Source of the DNA: Eledone cirrhosa
Lineage: Eukaryota
Direction: 5' to 3'
Length of the DNA stretch: 64,000 nt
Assembly: GCA_964016885.1 (NCBI GenBank)
Contig: OZ024740.1
Location: 160,022,001 to 160,086,000 of the forward strand
Of this stretch, positions 1 to 13,254 are shown piece after piece. The position numbers and the translations under genes are program-made. Numbering within the stretch: the first letter of the stretch is position 1; each line of letters starts with the position of its first letter. The notes under the pieces are model-generated. The model saw only the letters and a program-made list of their open reading frames with translations, had not been told where the DNA came from and ran no database searches.

Positions 1-300
1 GAGGTGATAGTGACGGTGTTCATGGTGTTGAAGGTGGTGTTGGTGTTGCTATTGAAGGAGAGGGTGCTGTTGTTGGTGCTGGTGGTGGGGGCATGGTGTT
101 GGCCATAGTGATGATACTGTTGTTGGAACTGGTGTTTCTATTGGTGGTAATGTTGGTTACGGTGGTGGATAGGATTGTTGTTGTTGTTACTAGGTGAAAT
201 AGATGTGGATTAGTGGTTGTAGTTGTTGTTGGTGGTGGTGATGGTAGCAGGGGTAGTTGTGGTAAAGCATTGGTGTCAGTGGTAGTATGTAGCTTCCCCT
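1..300. repeat. Degenerate (GGT/GTT)n low-complexity tract
   Basis: Runs such as ggtggtgtt/gttgttggt; produces the Thr/Pro-rich spurious minus-strand ORF. Confidence 0.8.
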
Positions 301-469
301 TCTCCCACACTGCTTCTTTATTGCCTATGTTGTGGTATGCTTATGCACTTGTCTAAATTGCACTGCTCCATCAAGTGGTGCATTTGTGCCAGTGCATGCC
401 TAGGGAGTAATCATGATGTTTACAATAAGTTGGCTTTTGTTACAGAATATCAATTTGTCTATTGAATAT

Positions 470-970
470 ATGTGTGAGCATATGGGCATGCGTGCATGTG
501 TGTGTGTTTCTGTGTGGGCATAGTTGCATGTTTGTGTGTGTTGCTATATGGGTTGTGTGCATGTTTATGTGTGTGTGTCTGTATATGTGGGTGTATGTGT
601 ATGTATTTATGAGTTTGTAGATTGTGTTTGAGTTTGTGTAGAATGGTGTTTCTGTGGTGTGTATGCATGTGTGCATGTGTGTGTGTGGGGGGTGGGGGTG
701 GGGTGCATGTGATATGCATGTGTGTATGTTTGTGTATGTCTCTGTGGGTTTGTGTGTGTGTGTTTGTGTGAGTGTCTGTGCATTTATAAATAAGTGTATG
801 TGTGTGTGGTTGTAAATATACATATTTGTGTACTCTGGAGGTTTATGTGGATGTTTATATGTTTGTACATTGCATGAGAGTGTCTGTCCATTTGTGACTT
901 CATGTGGGTGTGACTGTATGTATATTATTTGTGTGTGTGTGTCTGGAGGTGTGCATGTGATATGCACATG
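470..970. repeat. Degenerate (TG)n/(TATG)n microsatellite
   Basis: Continuous tgtgtg/tgtatg composition; the His/Thr-rich ORFs are artefacts. Confidence 0.85.
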
Positions 971-2727
971 TGCTTTTCTATTACATATTTATATCTTTAT
1001 TGTGCTTTGCTTTAATGATAATGCTTCTATTATGCACACTCTGCAGATGCTGACATCCATAAACACAACCACACACACATTATGTGTGTAAGGCTTGGCT
1101 GTGTGGTTAAGAAGTGTTAGTTGAAGAAGATTTGGTTGATATTTTTTGCGGGTTCAGCAACCATATAGAGGTTCTGTCAGTGGTTCATTTTGCCACTCTA
1201 AAAACATATTTAAAAATATGTTTTATAGCAATTGAAACAGGAATTTCTTTAGTGCCGGTGGCAGAAAAATGCACCCAGTAGACCTTATGAGGTGGTTGGT
1301 GACAGAAAAGGTATCCAGATGTAGAGGCTATGCCAAGAAAAGATTGAGAGGACTCTTCAGTTGTGTTAAGGGCAAAACAACCTCTCTAGTTTTGGTGATC
1401 TACATGATAAACACACCTAGTACTCTCTCCAGCTGTAGAAAATCTGACAAAGGCCAAGAGGGCTCATTAGCTGTGTTGTAGACATAATTTTCCTTGAACT
1501 AGTGTTTGGATAAAATACACTTGGTCCGTTCTATAAAATGCAGGATAATATATAAATGAGAAGAGACTTCTGGGCCATCAAAGAGGTCAGTATCTCTGAT
1601 TAAGCAGGGATTTTGAACTTTTAATTATGATGATGGCTTCTCAAGAGTTTTGGCAGTGAGTATTCAGGTGGTCAACTGGACTACTTGTTCATTGAATTAG
1701 CATGTAAATGACTGACTATTTCATAGCCACATATCCACTTAATGTAATTTCCAGTCAAAATCAACATGACACAATATATGACAAGGCTGGACTTTTGAAA
1801 TATACCCTCAATTTAAGCCTCTTTCTATTCAATTCTCTTACTCTCTTACTTTCTCTAGGAGAAATCTGCTATATTCAGAACTGTAGCGGAGGTGGGCTCA
1901 GCCAGGCTTTAAACATGCTCTAGAGATGCTGTATGTCAATATATCAGATCTACAACCCCCTAATTCATTATAGGTCCAATGAATGAATGAATTATACAAT
2001 GGAATTTCAAACAGTTTCCATCTAGTCAATTTCACACATATGACTAGAGTCAATACAAATCTATATTTATTTGCCAAAGTTGCCATACAGTGACTTGAAC
2101 TCAGGAACTTATGATTGCAAAACATTTTTTTTTAACATCTATTATTCATTTTATATGTTGATAAGCTCTTGAAGAACTCACTGTCAAATGTTATATATAT
2201 ACTCTAATGAACATTTTTCAGTAACAATTTTCTTTTGGAATTTGACAGAATAAGTATTCAGAACATGCACGTTTAGAAGGAGTTTGCCACAGTATATTAT
2301 TTTTGTATATATTTACAATGTTTGCTAATTCTTTCTTTTGATTATAAACTGACAGTTTGTACCCTTCTAGAAATTCATAAAGCAATATTTGTTTTTCTGC
2401 CTGCATTTCCACATTAACACTTGTATTTCATTGACATGTTTATATTTTTGTATCAAGTTATCATAGTTTCCTGTCAAGCAAAGTTCAACACAGCTCTTGA
2501 CATATCAAGTATAAATTTTGGCAGGTTCAATAGCAAACTATTTATTTCTACGTTATATTCACCATTCTCTTTTAACCAAATATATTTTAACAAAGCCAAT
2601 ATAGTCCTCTTGCATGCTTATATGATGTTTATAATAGATTTGCTGATAAATATGCATGTTACATTTTTGTGAGGCCTATATAGCTTTCTTCTTTATTGTT
2701 ACTTGCATATATTTTAGTCATCATTAT

Positions 2728-2870
2728 ATTGGCAGTTTCGACACTTTATGGTCTGAGTTCAAATCCTGCAAGGTTAACTTTGCCTTTCATCCGTACGGGG
2801 TCGATAAAATAAAGTACCAGTAATACACTGGGGTAATTGCTGGCCTTGTGCCAAAAGTAGAAACAATTAT
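2728..2870 (+). mobile_element. tRNA-derived SINE with Nin/Deu-like central domain
   Basis: B-box-like gagttcaaatcc, then ttgcctttcatccgtacggggtcgataaaataaagtaccagt (resembles the Nin/Deu-SINE core), then the 3' end ggccttgtgccaaaagtagaaacaatt. More than 12 related copies in the window. Confidence 0.8.
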
Positions 2871-3909
2871 ATCACCACCACCATCATGTTTACTTTCTTC
2901 CATTATTGTATGCCTTATTTCTAAGTATTCTATATACTAGGGATGCACTGATTAATTGGCAGGTAATTGGTATCAACAATATCGACCATTTTGTTAATTA
3001 ATCTGTATTGGATTTTTGCCGATTAATTTTGAGCATCAGCCATTGTTGTTTTTCATTATTATTGATAGGCCTGTATACAGGGGCAAGAAAACCATAAGGG
3101 ACAGAGAAAGTCAGAAAACACATTGGATTCAATATGTAGAAAACATAAAAAACATTAATTCTGATGACACACAGTCTAGGTTCCCTAGTTTAATATCACT
3201 CTATTTCAAGTGCTCAAATAAGGGGACCTATGCAACTGTAAATTACTAGGGACTACCAAGAAGTATAACTTTCTGTTAGTTAAAAGATGTCAAAGTAGAA
3301 TAAAGATCTTCATTTCCCCCTAGAAGGATATAGGATTCATTTAAAAAGGAATTAATTTAAAAATTATAAAGTTTCTGGTTACAGGTTTATTTAAATGTAT
3401 GCAAACATTTTCTAGTAAAAATGATTCCTCTTATCTTATCTGAACTTACTCTAATAAAAAATAATTTTTTAATCAAATTTAAGCTAACAATAAATATATG
3501 ATAAATGTTGCCTTCTATCATGTTTGGTTAATTGCAATATTTTTTACTTGCGACTTGTCAATATAGTTATGCAGATTGCACATTTTGGAATTATGGTCAA
3601 ACAGTAATTAACCTATATGTAGGTACAGAATGTGGAATGCGTTGTGAAAAGAAGGTGGCACTGTTGAATGATACAGTTCTACAGTAATAAAAAGTAGAAA
3701 CTAGGGTAAAATATGTCTAGTTTTGTCATTAGGTGCTTTCAAATAGTAGATCCATAGTAGATCCATAATTGTGAAATTTTATATATTACCATTAATTAAA
3801 TATAATCTGCATTTTCATATCACAATACATAATGACAATATAAATAATCAGCAGTTGATTAATTAAAATTCTATCAATTTTCTTATTATTACATCCCTAC
3901 AATATATAT

Positions 3910-5083
3910 ATATATTACCATTATCTCTAATTTTAATTTTATAATAAATAGACGTACGGATTTATTTTCGCTCTGCTTGCAAAAATTCTATAGAACTTTC
4001 CATAAAGTATACAGCTAATATCTCAATACCTAATTAGTTTAAAATCTTCTCAAACGCTTTTATATCTTTTACAAATATACCCATCTCTCTACCTTATTTC
4101 AGTATATTATATTATACAATTTACTCATTCTATGTCATTAGCTGTCCCCTATTTTTCTTCTTTTTTATCCTTTTTACTTTCTTCCTTTTTCTTTTTTAAT
4201 TTCTAATCTTTAATCTGTAACTTTTACTACTCAATTACTTCTTAATTCATATTATTACTCACTATAGCATTTTCCTTATATTCTTGGCCATACAAACTAT
4301 ATTTTTAATATATACTAATATTACCATTAGTAAATTTTGTAAACATATATATATATTTTTTTTGACGTTATATTTTTTCCTTCCTTAAATTTTCTCCTTT
4401 CTTCTCTCCTTCCATGCTCATATTAAACCTATTATTTACTTTTTCATATTACAATACATAAAAACAAACTTAAACCCTAACTAATTCCTCTAAGTTCATA
4501 ATTCATTTAATCTCTTCTTCATTCACCTTATATCCTTAATATTTTTATTTTAATAATACATATTAGTAAATTCCTTTTCGCGCATATTATTAAACCCTTC
4601 AATATATAAACCTTAAATAAATACTATTCTTAATTCCTTTTTCTTTAATCATAAACATCACCATTCATAAACCTCATTAACTTTTAATTTCAAAATTTTT
4701 TTTTAATTATGTATTATCTTACAACGGTTTTTTAAATTTTCTCTGTGAGACAGTGTTTCTCAGTATGTCTCAGTGTCTCTCTCATTTCTCCTCCTCTCTC
4801 ATCCTTCCTTCTTATACTCCTCCCCCGTCATCCTTTATTTTCTTTCTTCCTCTTCCTTACCTTTTCCTTCCCCTCTCCTCCTTTTTTCCCAATCTCATAT
4901 ATCCATCTTACTTTATTTTTCATATGTTGATTTAACATTTCACTGCTCGCAAGTATTTTTTAAGCTTCATATCATGTCTCCCTATTTTATCTGATGAGAA
5001 CGCAAATATTACCCCATGATGATATTTGTTTTTGAAATGCGCATAATAAAATACATGGAACTCTTGTAACCATCTTTTGATCT

Positions 5084-5090
<7 letters not shown>
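3910..5090 (+). mobile_element. Penelope-like element 3' fragment (possible GIY-YIG C-terminal tip plus pLTR with hammerhead)
   Basis: Starts after a TA run. About 3911-4009 translates YITIISNFNFIINRRTDLFSLCLQKFYRTF..., resembling the LNxRxE..xCxH end of Neptune ORFs. Then a pyrimidine-rich UTR, the hammerhead at 4983-5053, and an end at (TA)n. Confidence 0.6.
4983..5053 (+). ncRNA. Minimal type-I hammerhead ribozyme (HHR-A)
   Basis: TATTTTAT|CTGATGA|stem II gaacgcaaatatta...tgatatttgttttt|GAAA|T-GCGC-A|TA|ATAAAATA. Perfect 8-bp stem I, intact core, 1-bp stem III with palindromic loop, AUA cleavage triplet. Confidence 0.85.
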
Positions 5091-5143
<53 letters not shown>

Positions 5144-5639
5144 ATGATGGATGTATATATATATATTCCCACTCATCTGGATTAGGGTGGTTTTAATAGT
5201 AATTTTTAAAATTTTCTTTCACTCTTACTATACATATATAGCAGACATTCATCAAACTGACTTATTGTAGATATATTGCTTATGAGGCACATAAACAAAT
5301 GTCACTGCTGTTTTTTTATGAATGAAGTTTGAGGTAACTCGCATGCATACATACATGCCGACACACACAGATTTATGGTGGTTTAAATTCTTACCAAATC
5401 ATTCTTGTTAGTCTCATAAAAAGTTTGCAAATCCATTAAATTCTTTAGTAATAATCTTTGTTTTATCTTCCGTTTTTATATATAAGCTCTGTGAAATTAT
5501 AACACTACTGTGATTGGAAATTTACCGATTGGATTGAACAATCTTGTGGACAATATATTCATATGAAGCTATAAAATTCCTTAGACTTTATATGTTTTAC
5601 TTATCAACTTAGTTAAATTTATATATATATATATATATA

Positions 5640-5925
5640 CCATCATCATCATCACCGTTTTATGTCTGTTCTTCCACACTAGCATGGGTTAGACAGGTTG
5701 TCTTGTTGTGGGCAGTGTCTGGTTGGCTGACCTTGTCTTGCACATACGGGAACTGATTCTGGCTTGATTGCTACAGCTGGATGCCCTTCCTAACACCAAC
5801 CTCATTTACAGTGAGTGCTGGGTGCTTTTTTTCCGTGGCGCCTACACGTCCACTTTACAGTGTGGGCTGGGTGCTTTTTTGCCGTGGCACCTCCATGACC
5901 ACTTTGCAGTGGGAGGGGGTGGGGT
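5640..5925 (-). mobile_element. RTE LINE 3' UTR fragment
   Basis: Shares ttggtgttaggaagggcatccagctgtag...aacccatgctagtgtggaagaac...(GAT)n with the RTE copies at 24551 and 30638. Confidence 0.85.
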
Positions 5926-5994
5926 CATATATATATATTTGTATAGTTGTGTGTGTGCAATTGTGTGTGTGTGTAATGTACTTATAGCAGATTC

Positions 5995-6140
5995 TGCAGT
6001 TTCCATCTACCAAATTCCATTCACAAAGCATTGGTCAAACCGATGGTGTAGTAGAAGACACTTGACCAATGTGTCACTATGTGTAACTGAACCAAGATCA
6101 ACTTGGATGTGAAGTAAACTTTTTAAGAATGCAGTTATGC
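5995..6140 (-). mobile_element. CORE-type tRNA SINE fragment (octopus OR-like family)
   Basis: Minus strand reads caagtgtcttctactacacc...gaccaatgctttgtgaatggaatttggtagatggaaactg. Related copies at about 20590-20740(-), 33715-33860(+), 35650-35730(-) and 42210-42350(-). Confidence 0.6.
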
Positions 6141-6477
6141 CTATGCGTATGTACTTTTGCTAATCAAATTTCTCAAATGTACGTCTGCCAAATTTGCCTA
6201 GCAGAAATTTTATGAATATGTGAAGAAGCAATAACAGATTCTGTTATCTCTTTACCAGCTGTGACATGATAACTCAACTCCAACTCATATTGATTCATAA
6301 ATATTCAAATTTTCCAATATTGCCCAATTAGCTTGCCAAGGTCTATGACCCAAATCTGAATGACGATGTTTAACCCTTTCAAATTGTTTTAGATAAGGCT
6401 AGAAAAATATATTCTATTTTGATTTGAAAATGGGTCTAATAAAATATAATAGACATAATATAAGAGCTAATATATAT

Positions 6478-7137
6478 ATCATCATCATCATCACCATCAC
6501 CATTTTATGTTAATCTTTCCACACTAGCATGGGTTAGACAGGTTCTCCTTTTGTGGGCAATGCCAGGTCAGGTGATCATTTCTTTCTCATACAAGACTGA
6601 TTTAGGCTCAGTTTCTACAGCTGTATCCCTTCCTAACACCAACCTCATTTACAGTAAGTACTGGGTGCTTTTTTTACTGTAGCACCTACATGACCACTTT
6701 ACAGTGTCGACTAGGTGTTTTTTGTCATGAAACCTACACAACCACTTCACAGTGGTAGCGGTGTGGGCGCATATAGTCTATATGTTTCAGCTTCGGCTTG
6801 TACCCATGGGAACTCGGGTCTTCTGTATTACTGCGTAATGCCAGAGGTTTCGGTCCTGTGTCATTTCCTTTGAGAAGTGCAACTGGGCAACGTCAGTTTT
6901 TATCACCTCATTCCAGGTCTTTTGGGGTCTCCCCACTCCAAGACTCCCATCGAATTTTAATGCTCTGCACCTTTTTAAACAGCTGTCATCCTTCATATAT
7001 ATCACATGTCCATACCAGCACAATCTCCTCTCCTGCACACACCATTTGATTCCTCTTATGCTTAGTCCCTCTCTTAATATGTTTATGCATTGCCGGTCAT
7101 GTATATTACTATTCCACATCCATTGAAGCATGCAAGA
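6478..7137 (-). mobile_element. 5'-truncated RTE LINE (ORF C-terminus plus 3' UTR)
   Basis: ORF 6787-7131 has ERRLCWYGHV...GRPQKTW...DRNLW, typical of the RTE C-terminus; 3' tail ends in (GAT)n then TA. Confidence 0.9.
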
Positions 7138-7202
7138 TTAATATATCATCATCATCATCATCTTCGTTTAACGTCCATTTTCCACGTTAGCAGGGGTTAG
7201 AT

Positions 7203-7233
<31 letters not shown>

Positions 7234-7237
<4 letters not shown>

Positions 7238-8115
7238 AGAGCTGCCAACTCTCCCTAATGGAACTGTATTATATAGTGCAAGCACCCCAAGATCTCATAA
7301 ATAGTCAGGCTGAAACTGTCATCAATTGCGGCCATCGACTACAACAATCTTTCTACAGATGGACTCCAACAAGTGTATAACCACCATAACACCTGATGCG
7401 CTCAACACCACACCCTTGCCTGACTTACCGGCGGTAGACATACCATTAAACAACGTGGAATAACACTATCATCCACCCTCTGTTTTCCCACCAGGAAGCT
7501 GCACTGCATATATTCAGCTGGGCCTACCCAGCTATATTCTTCCAATTAGCCAGACGGGTCTTTGGGTAATCTTACAGAACTACTGCCTATACCTAAGCAA
7601 TTTCTTAGACTATCGATCATTTGAATATACAAATTATATCCAAATTGACCTTATTTTTCTAGGCCTTCAGATTCGCACCTAATGTGCCCCATTGCACTAG
7701 TTAAACCTGTGTGTGGTCTTTAACGACTTTACTAATTATTCATACTCACACCTTAACACGGCCTCATTTACACCGAGTTAACCAACTCTACTTATGTTAA
7801 TTACTTTTAAATAATAAAATAAAACATTTTACATAGCCGGCAGTGGTCATTAGTTAGAGAAGAAACGTTTTACTAGCACTGGTAATTACCTCCCTTAGCA
7901 TACTAATCTCTTCCCACTGTGTTTTATACATAACCATGTATATTTAATATGTACTGCGATGTAAAATTCTTATTTTACCCAAACAGGGTATATAATTAAA
8001 ACTTTGCCTTAATATCTGCCTCAGACGAGCCCCATTGGGCGAAATGTGTGTCAGAGCATTATAAAGATATGATTTAACGGCTTGTAACTCTTTCATTAAT
8101 TATTTTGCCGAATAT
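7234..8115 (+). mobile_element. Penelope-like element 3' fragment (GIY-YIG C-terminus plus pLTR)
   Basis: 7237-7380 translates KSCQLSLMELYYIVQAPQDLINSQAETVINCGHRLQQSFYRW..., matching the CxLCLxE...LNxRxE...CxH terminus of Neptune GIY-YIG. Bounded by TA runs; hammerhead relic at 8017-8058. Confidence 0.75.
8017..8058 (+). ncRNA. Decayed minimal hammerhead (HHR-B)
   Basis: TGCCT|CAGACGA|GCCC-CATT-GGGC|GAAA|T-GTGT-G|TC|AGAGCA. Core U4>A mutation, perfect 4-bp stem II, GUC triplet. Confidence 0.65.
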
Positions 8116-8172
8116 ATATATAAAGAATGAATAATAACAGGTAGACATCATACAAAGTTGATTTATTCCGAG

Positions 8173-8289
8173 TGCTTACAAATGTTTCAACAGTAGTTAC
8201 ACTGCCTAGTCATGCTATGTGCAAATTGATAATTATTTGATTGCAGAAACTCAATTTTCAAATGCTGTCACTACCGTTTCCTCAGAACA
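8173..8289 (-). ncRNA. Minimal hammerhead with about 90-nt stem II domain (HHR-C)
   Basis: Minus strand: TGTT|CTGAGGA|aacggtagtgaca...tgtaactactgtt|GAAA|C-ATTT-G|TA|AGCA. Stem II base pairs over about 13 nt; GUA triplet. Confidence 0.65.
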
Positions 8290-8384
8290 GAATGGTTAAA
8301 ATGTTAACATTGGATAGTCCTAGTAAAACTTCAACCGTTAAGGTATGTTCCTTGGCTATGTCAACATTTATAAAACACACTTTG

Positions 8385-8446
8385 TATTTTATCTGATGAA
8401 AGCATACCAAAGTTTTTGGTACCCTTGAAATATATATAATAGAATA
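8385..8446 (+). ncRNA. Minimal type-I hammerhead (HHR-D)
   Basis: TATTTTAT|CTGATGA|aagcataccaaagtttttggtaccctt|GAAA|T-ATAT-A|TA|ATAGAATA. Confidence 0.8.
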
Positions 8447-8772
8447 AATATGGTTTTATAAATATAGTTTCCATTTATTTAATATCATTGTATATATATA
8501 TATATATAATATATATAATATATATATATTATATATAATATATATATTATATATAAGAGATAAAATATCGTTATAGGTAATCCAGTTAGAGGCTGTGAAT
8601 ACTTCTTCTTATGGATAGTTTTAGCGTACGACGTTGTTTGACTCAACAATATGTTTACGTAGATGACGAGTTTATGATTTCACTTGTATTCCTATGTAAG
8701 TTAATCTTGGAGTAATAAAATTGAAATAGTAGAGAATAACATGGTCAACAGTACAGACAAGGGGATTTATTT

Positions 8773-8884
8773 ACAGTCTAACAATTGTTTCTTTGATAAA
8801 GTTGACTAAAAATTGCTGAACACTAGAAGCAGTGCCACTCAATTTCAAATAAGATGCTAGCTCGATCAGATCTTCAGAAACTGT
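8773..8884 (-). ncRNA. Minimal hammerhead with extended stem II (HHR-E)
   Basis: Minus strand: ACAGTTT|CTGAAGA|tctgatcg...atcaaa|GAAA|C-AATT-G|TT|AGACTGT. 7-bp stem I, palindromic loop 3, GUU triplet. Confidence 0.8.
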
Positions 8885-9028
8885 TATAAAATATATATAT
8901 AACCGGCAAATCTAGAAATTCGAATTACATCATCGGTAATAATATTAATAGTAAAGATATAGGGAAAGAGAAAGAAAGGGAGATAGATACAAGAGAGAAG
9001 GAAAGGAAAAAAAAAAAAAAAAAAAATA

Positions 9029-9064
<36 letters not shown>

Positions 9065-9849
9065 ATAAAAAAAAAAATAAAAAGAAAAGTAAGAGGAAAG
9101 AGGAGGAAAAAGGAGAAATGAATACAGAGAAAAATATAGAGAGAAGAAAATATATGGAAATATGTTGGTAGGAAGAGGAGAGAAAAACAAGGAGAAATAA
9201 CGTAGGAGAGAAAGAAAAATAGAGGGAAAAATAATGATATTTGCGATAAATGAATAAACGTTAATACATGGATAAATGTAAATAAAAATAAAAACAAAAA
9301 TAATAATAAATAAATAAATTATATCTAATATGACATAAAATGGTATAAAATGTGAAAAACGAAAAATGGAAATATTATTAAAAAAATGAAAAATGAAAAT
9401 ATAAAAAAAATGAGAAATGAAAATATTAAAATAAATAAGTACAAAAAATAAATTATGCTAAGAAAATTTAAACATATTAAGATTATTGAGAGTGGTTTTT
9501 GAGAATGGCTATAATATAGTGATATACACAGAGATACACGAAGGTATAAATATGATAATGTAGAATATATTTTTGTGTGTATTGGTTATTTTAATAAATA
9601 AATAAATTAATTAGTTGTAAGTTATATGATATGATAAAATAAAATGCCAGAGATGAAATAAATTTAGGGAAAGAAATATAAAGAACGAGAGAGAAAGATA
9701 GAGATATATAAAATAAGAATGTAAATATAAGAGGTTTTGATCTTGTTCATTGATAGATGATGACAATTATAATAATAATGATGATGATGATGTGATATTA
9801 TAATAGATCTAAGTGGTACAATTTGGGTTATGGAATAGATAAGATGAAA

Positions 9850-10880
9850 TTAAGCTGGTCTAAAGTTCTCAAATTTGGTGGCCGATTTATGCCGTCAGAA
9901 AATAGTTCTTTTAATTTTACTGTTAAGAAACATTTTGTTGTAATTTAAAATTTGGAAAAGTTCCATATTACAGAGAGCGCAGTTGGACATACCAATTTGA
10001 TAGGCCGTTGCTTTTGATAGTTTCGTCCAGCTGATTTTATATTCCATATTTGCATCCTTAAGTTGCCAGATTTTATTGGCGAGAGTCGTTGTGTTTAAGA
10101 GGTTCCTGTTAATCATAGACTGTCTGTGGACGTGCCACCTTTTCTTAAACTCCCCAGCTGTGGAGCCAATGTAATGCCATGCTAAGCTACCTGAATTTAT
10201 AGTACATAGGTATACTATATTTGTCTCTAGGCATCTATTTTGTAAAGGGCATTTGTCAGGTAGATGGCAGTTACATTTAGATGCTTTTCTATGTGCCGTT
10301 TCATCGATATGGTTTTATAGGTTGCTATGTATGGGCTGAGAATTGGGTTTGTTGATGTATTGTGGTAATATCTTCTGACGTGTGTTTGGTTGTGATGATG
10401 TTATATGCTTATGATTTGTATTTGGTGTTATGTTACTTATTTGCGGGCTACTTGTATTATGAATTCTTTCAAAGTTAATTTTATGTATGTGCGATTCTAT
10501 GTTGTTGGCAGTGGAGTATGATAGTTTGATAGTTTTTCTATTAAAGATTTTGTGATGTTTATGAATTTTAGGGAAGTGTTTGTCAACCAATTTGAAGAAA
10601 GTGTAAGGTAGTTTTGTTTTTATAGAGGAGTTAAACATTGGATTGAACCATAAGTAGTTTCTATTTCTGCATCTTCTATAGTTACTAGTGGTCTTTATAT
10701 TAGTATTCTGTTCATTTAATTTACGTGCTTGTTGCCAATTTCTATGTATAGTCCTAGATTTGTTGCTTCTATAGGTGTGGATAGTGTTATTAATATTGTG
10801 TTGTTATTTTTTGTACCTGGTATTTATTTGAGTCTCTCTTTATGGCCTGCCTTAAGTAAAGCTATGTTGTAGTAGTGTTT
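9850..10880 (-). pseudogene. PLE linker plus GIY-YIG endonuclease, disrupted by stops and frameshifts
   Basis: Reads HYYNIALLKAGH...WFNPMFNSSIKTKLPYTFFKLVDKHFPKIHKHHKIFNRKTIKLSYS...KCNCHLPDKCPLQNRCLETNIVYLCTI...HYIGST...FKKRWHVH...CALCNMELFQIL...LN, the characteristic Neptune-clade motifs. Confidence 0.92.
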
Positions 10881-11367
10881 TAATATTTTAATATTTCCAT
10901 TTTTTGTTTTTCACATTTTATACCATTTTATATCATATTAGATATAATTTATTTATTTATTTATTTATATATTATTATTTTTACTTTTGTTTTTATTTTT
11001 ATTTACATTTATCCATGTATTAACGTTTATTCATTTATCGCTAATATCATTATTTTTTTCCTCTATTTTTCTTTCTCTCCTACGTTATTTCTCCTTATGT
11101 TTTTCTCTCCTCTTCCTGCCATCATATTTCAATATATTTTCTTCTATCTATATGTTTTCTCTGTATTCATTTCTCCTTTTTCCTCTTCTTTCTCTTTTTC
11201 TCTTTCTTTTTCTTTTTATTTTTCTCTTTTTCTTTTTTCCTTTTCCTTCCTTTCTCTCCTGTATCTATCTCACTTTCTTTCTCTTTCCCTATATCTTTAC
11301 TATTAATATTATTACTGATGATGTAATTCGAATTTCTAGATTTGCCGTTTATATATATAATTTTATA

Positions 11368-11449
11368 ACAGTTTCTGAAGATCTGATCGAGCTAGCATCG
11401 TATTTGAAATTTTTAGACAGCTTTATAAGAGAAACAATTGTTAGACTGT
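11368..11449 (+). ncRNA. Minimal hammerhead (HHR-E', inverted pLTR copy)
   Basis: ACAGTTT|CTGAAGA|tctgat...ataaga|GAAA|C-AATT-G|TT|AGACTGT. Stem II is about 30 nt shorter than in HHR-E. Confidence 0.82.
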
Positions 11450-11504
11450 AAATAAATCCACTTTTTTGTAATGTTAACCATGTTATTCTCTACTTTTTAA
11501 ATTT

Positions 11505-12741
<1,237 letters not shown>

Positions 12742-12782
12742 CCATAATGTTAATAAATGGAAGTTATTTTTATAAAACCATA

Positions 12783-12843
12783 TTTATTTTTATATATATT
12801 TCAAGGGTACCAACATTTTGGTACGCTCTCATCAGATAAAATA
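12783..12843 (-). ncRNA. Minimal hammerhead (HHR-D', inverted relative of HHR-D)
   Basis: Minus strand: TATTTTAT|CTGATGA|gagcgtaccaaaatgttggtaccctt|GAAA|T-ATAT-A|TA|AAAATAAA. The 3' arm of stem I carries a small deletion. Confidence 0.72.
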
Positions 12844-13049
12844 CAAAAATTGGTTTATTGATAGTGACTTATTCAGACAAGAACTTAATGTTGTGAGTTC
12901 TATTTGAATAGTCAACAACACTTTATATCACAAGATGAATAAAGCTAATGAGGATAACGTTAAAACTGAAAAAGATCGTTATGTTTAGAGGCTAGGTAAA
13001 TTTAAATAATTATTAGAATTATTTTTTTTAATAAGAAAAAGAAAAGGTT

Positions 13050-13248
13050 CTTATTATTAGGGTGGAAGCCTAAAAATGCCTGAAAATGCGGTTTTTCACC
13101 TAATTTATAGGGAAAGAAAAGTTTAAATGTTTTTAGTCAATTGCACTTCGAAAAATATACGTAACGCATGTGTAAAGTTTGAAAAAAAATCGATTGGGTA
13201 CTTCTCGAATTTTAGGGATTTACACAGACAGACTGTTTTATAAATATA
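13050..13248 (-). mobile_element. Helitron 5'-end fragment, head-to-head with the adjacent Helitron
   Basis: Reverse complement ataaaacagtctgtctgtgtaaatccctaaaattcgagaagtacccaatcg matches the 5' end of the element at 13255. Confidence 0.7.
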
Positions 13249-13254
13249 ATATTA

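Noticed and set aside
2936-3060. Possible hAT MITE starting tagggatgcactgatt
   Set aside because: No matching right TIR or 8-bp TSD could be identified.
8884-9297. Phe-rich 'membrane protein' ORFs (also 10987-11451 and 4745-4994)
   Set aside because: Pyrimidine-rich PLE pLTR sequence; duplicated as part of the inverted repeat.
12940-12995. CTAATGA-ggataacg...cgttatgtt hairpin
   Set aside because: Mutated core and no GAAA or stem III; insufficient evidence.
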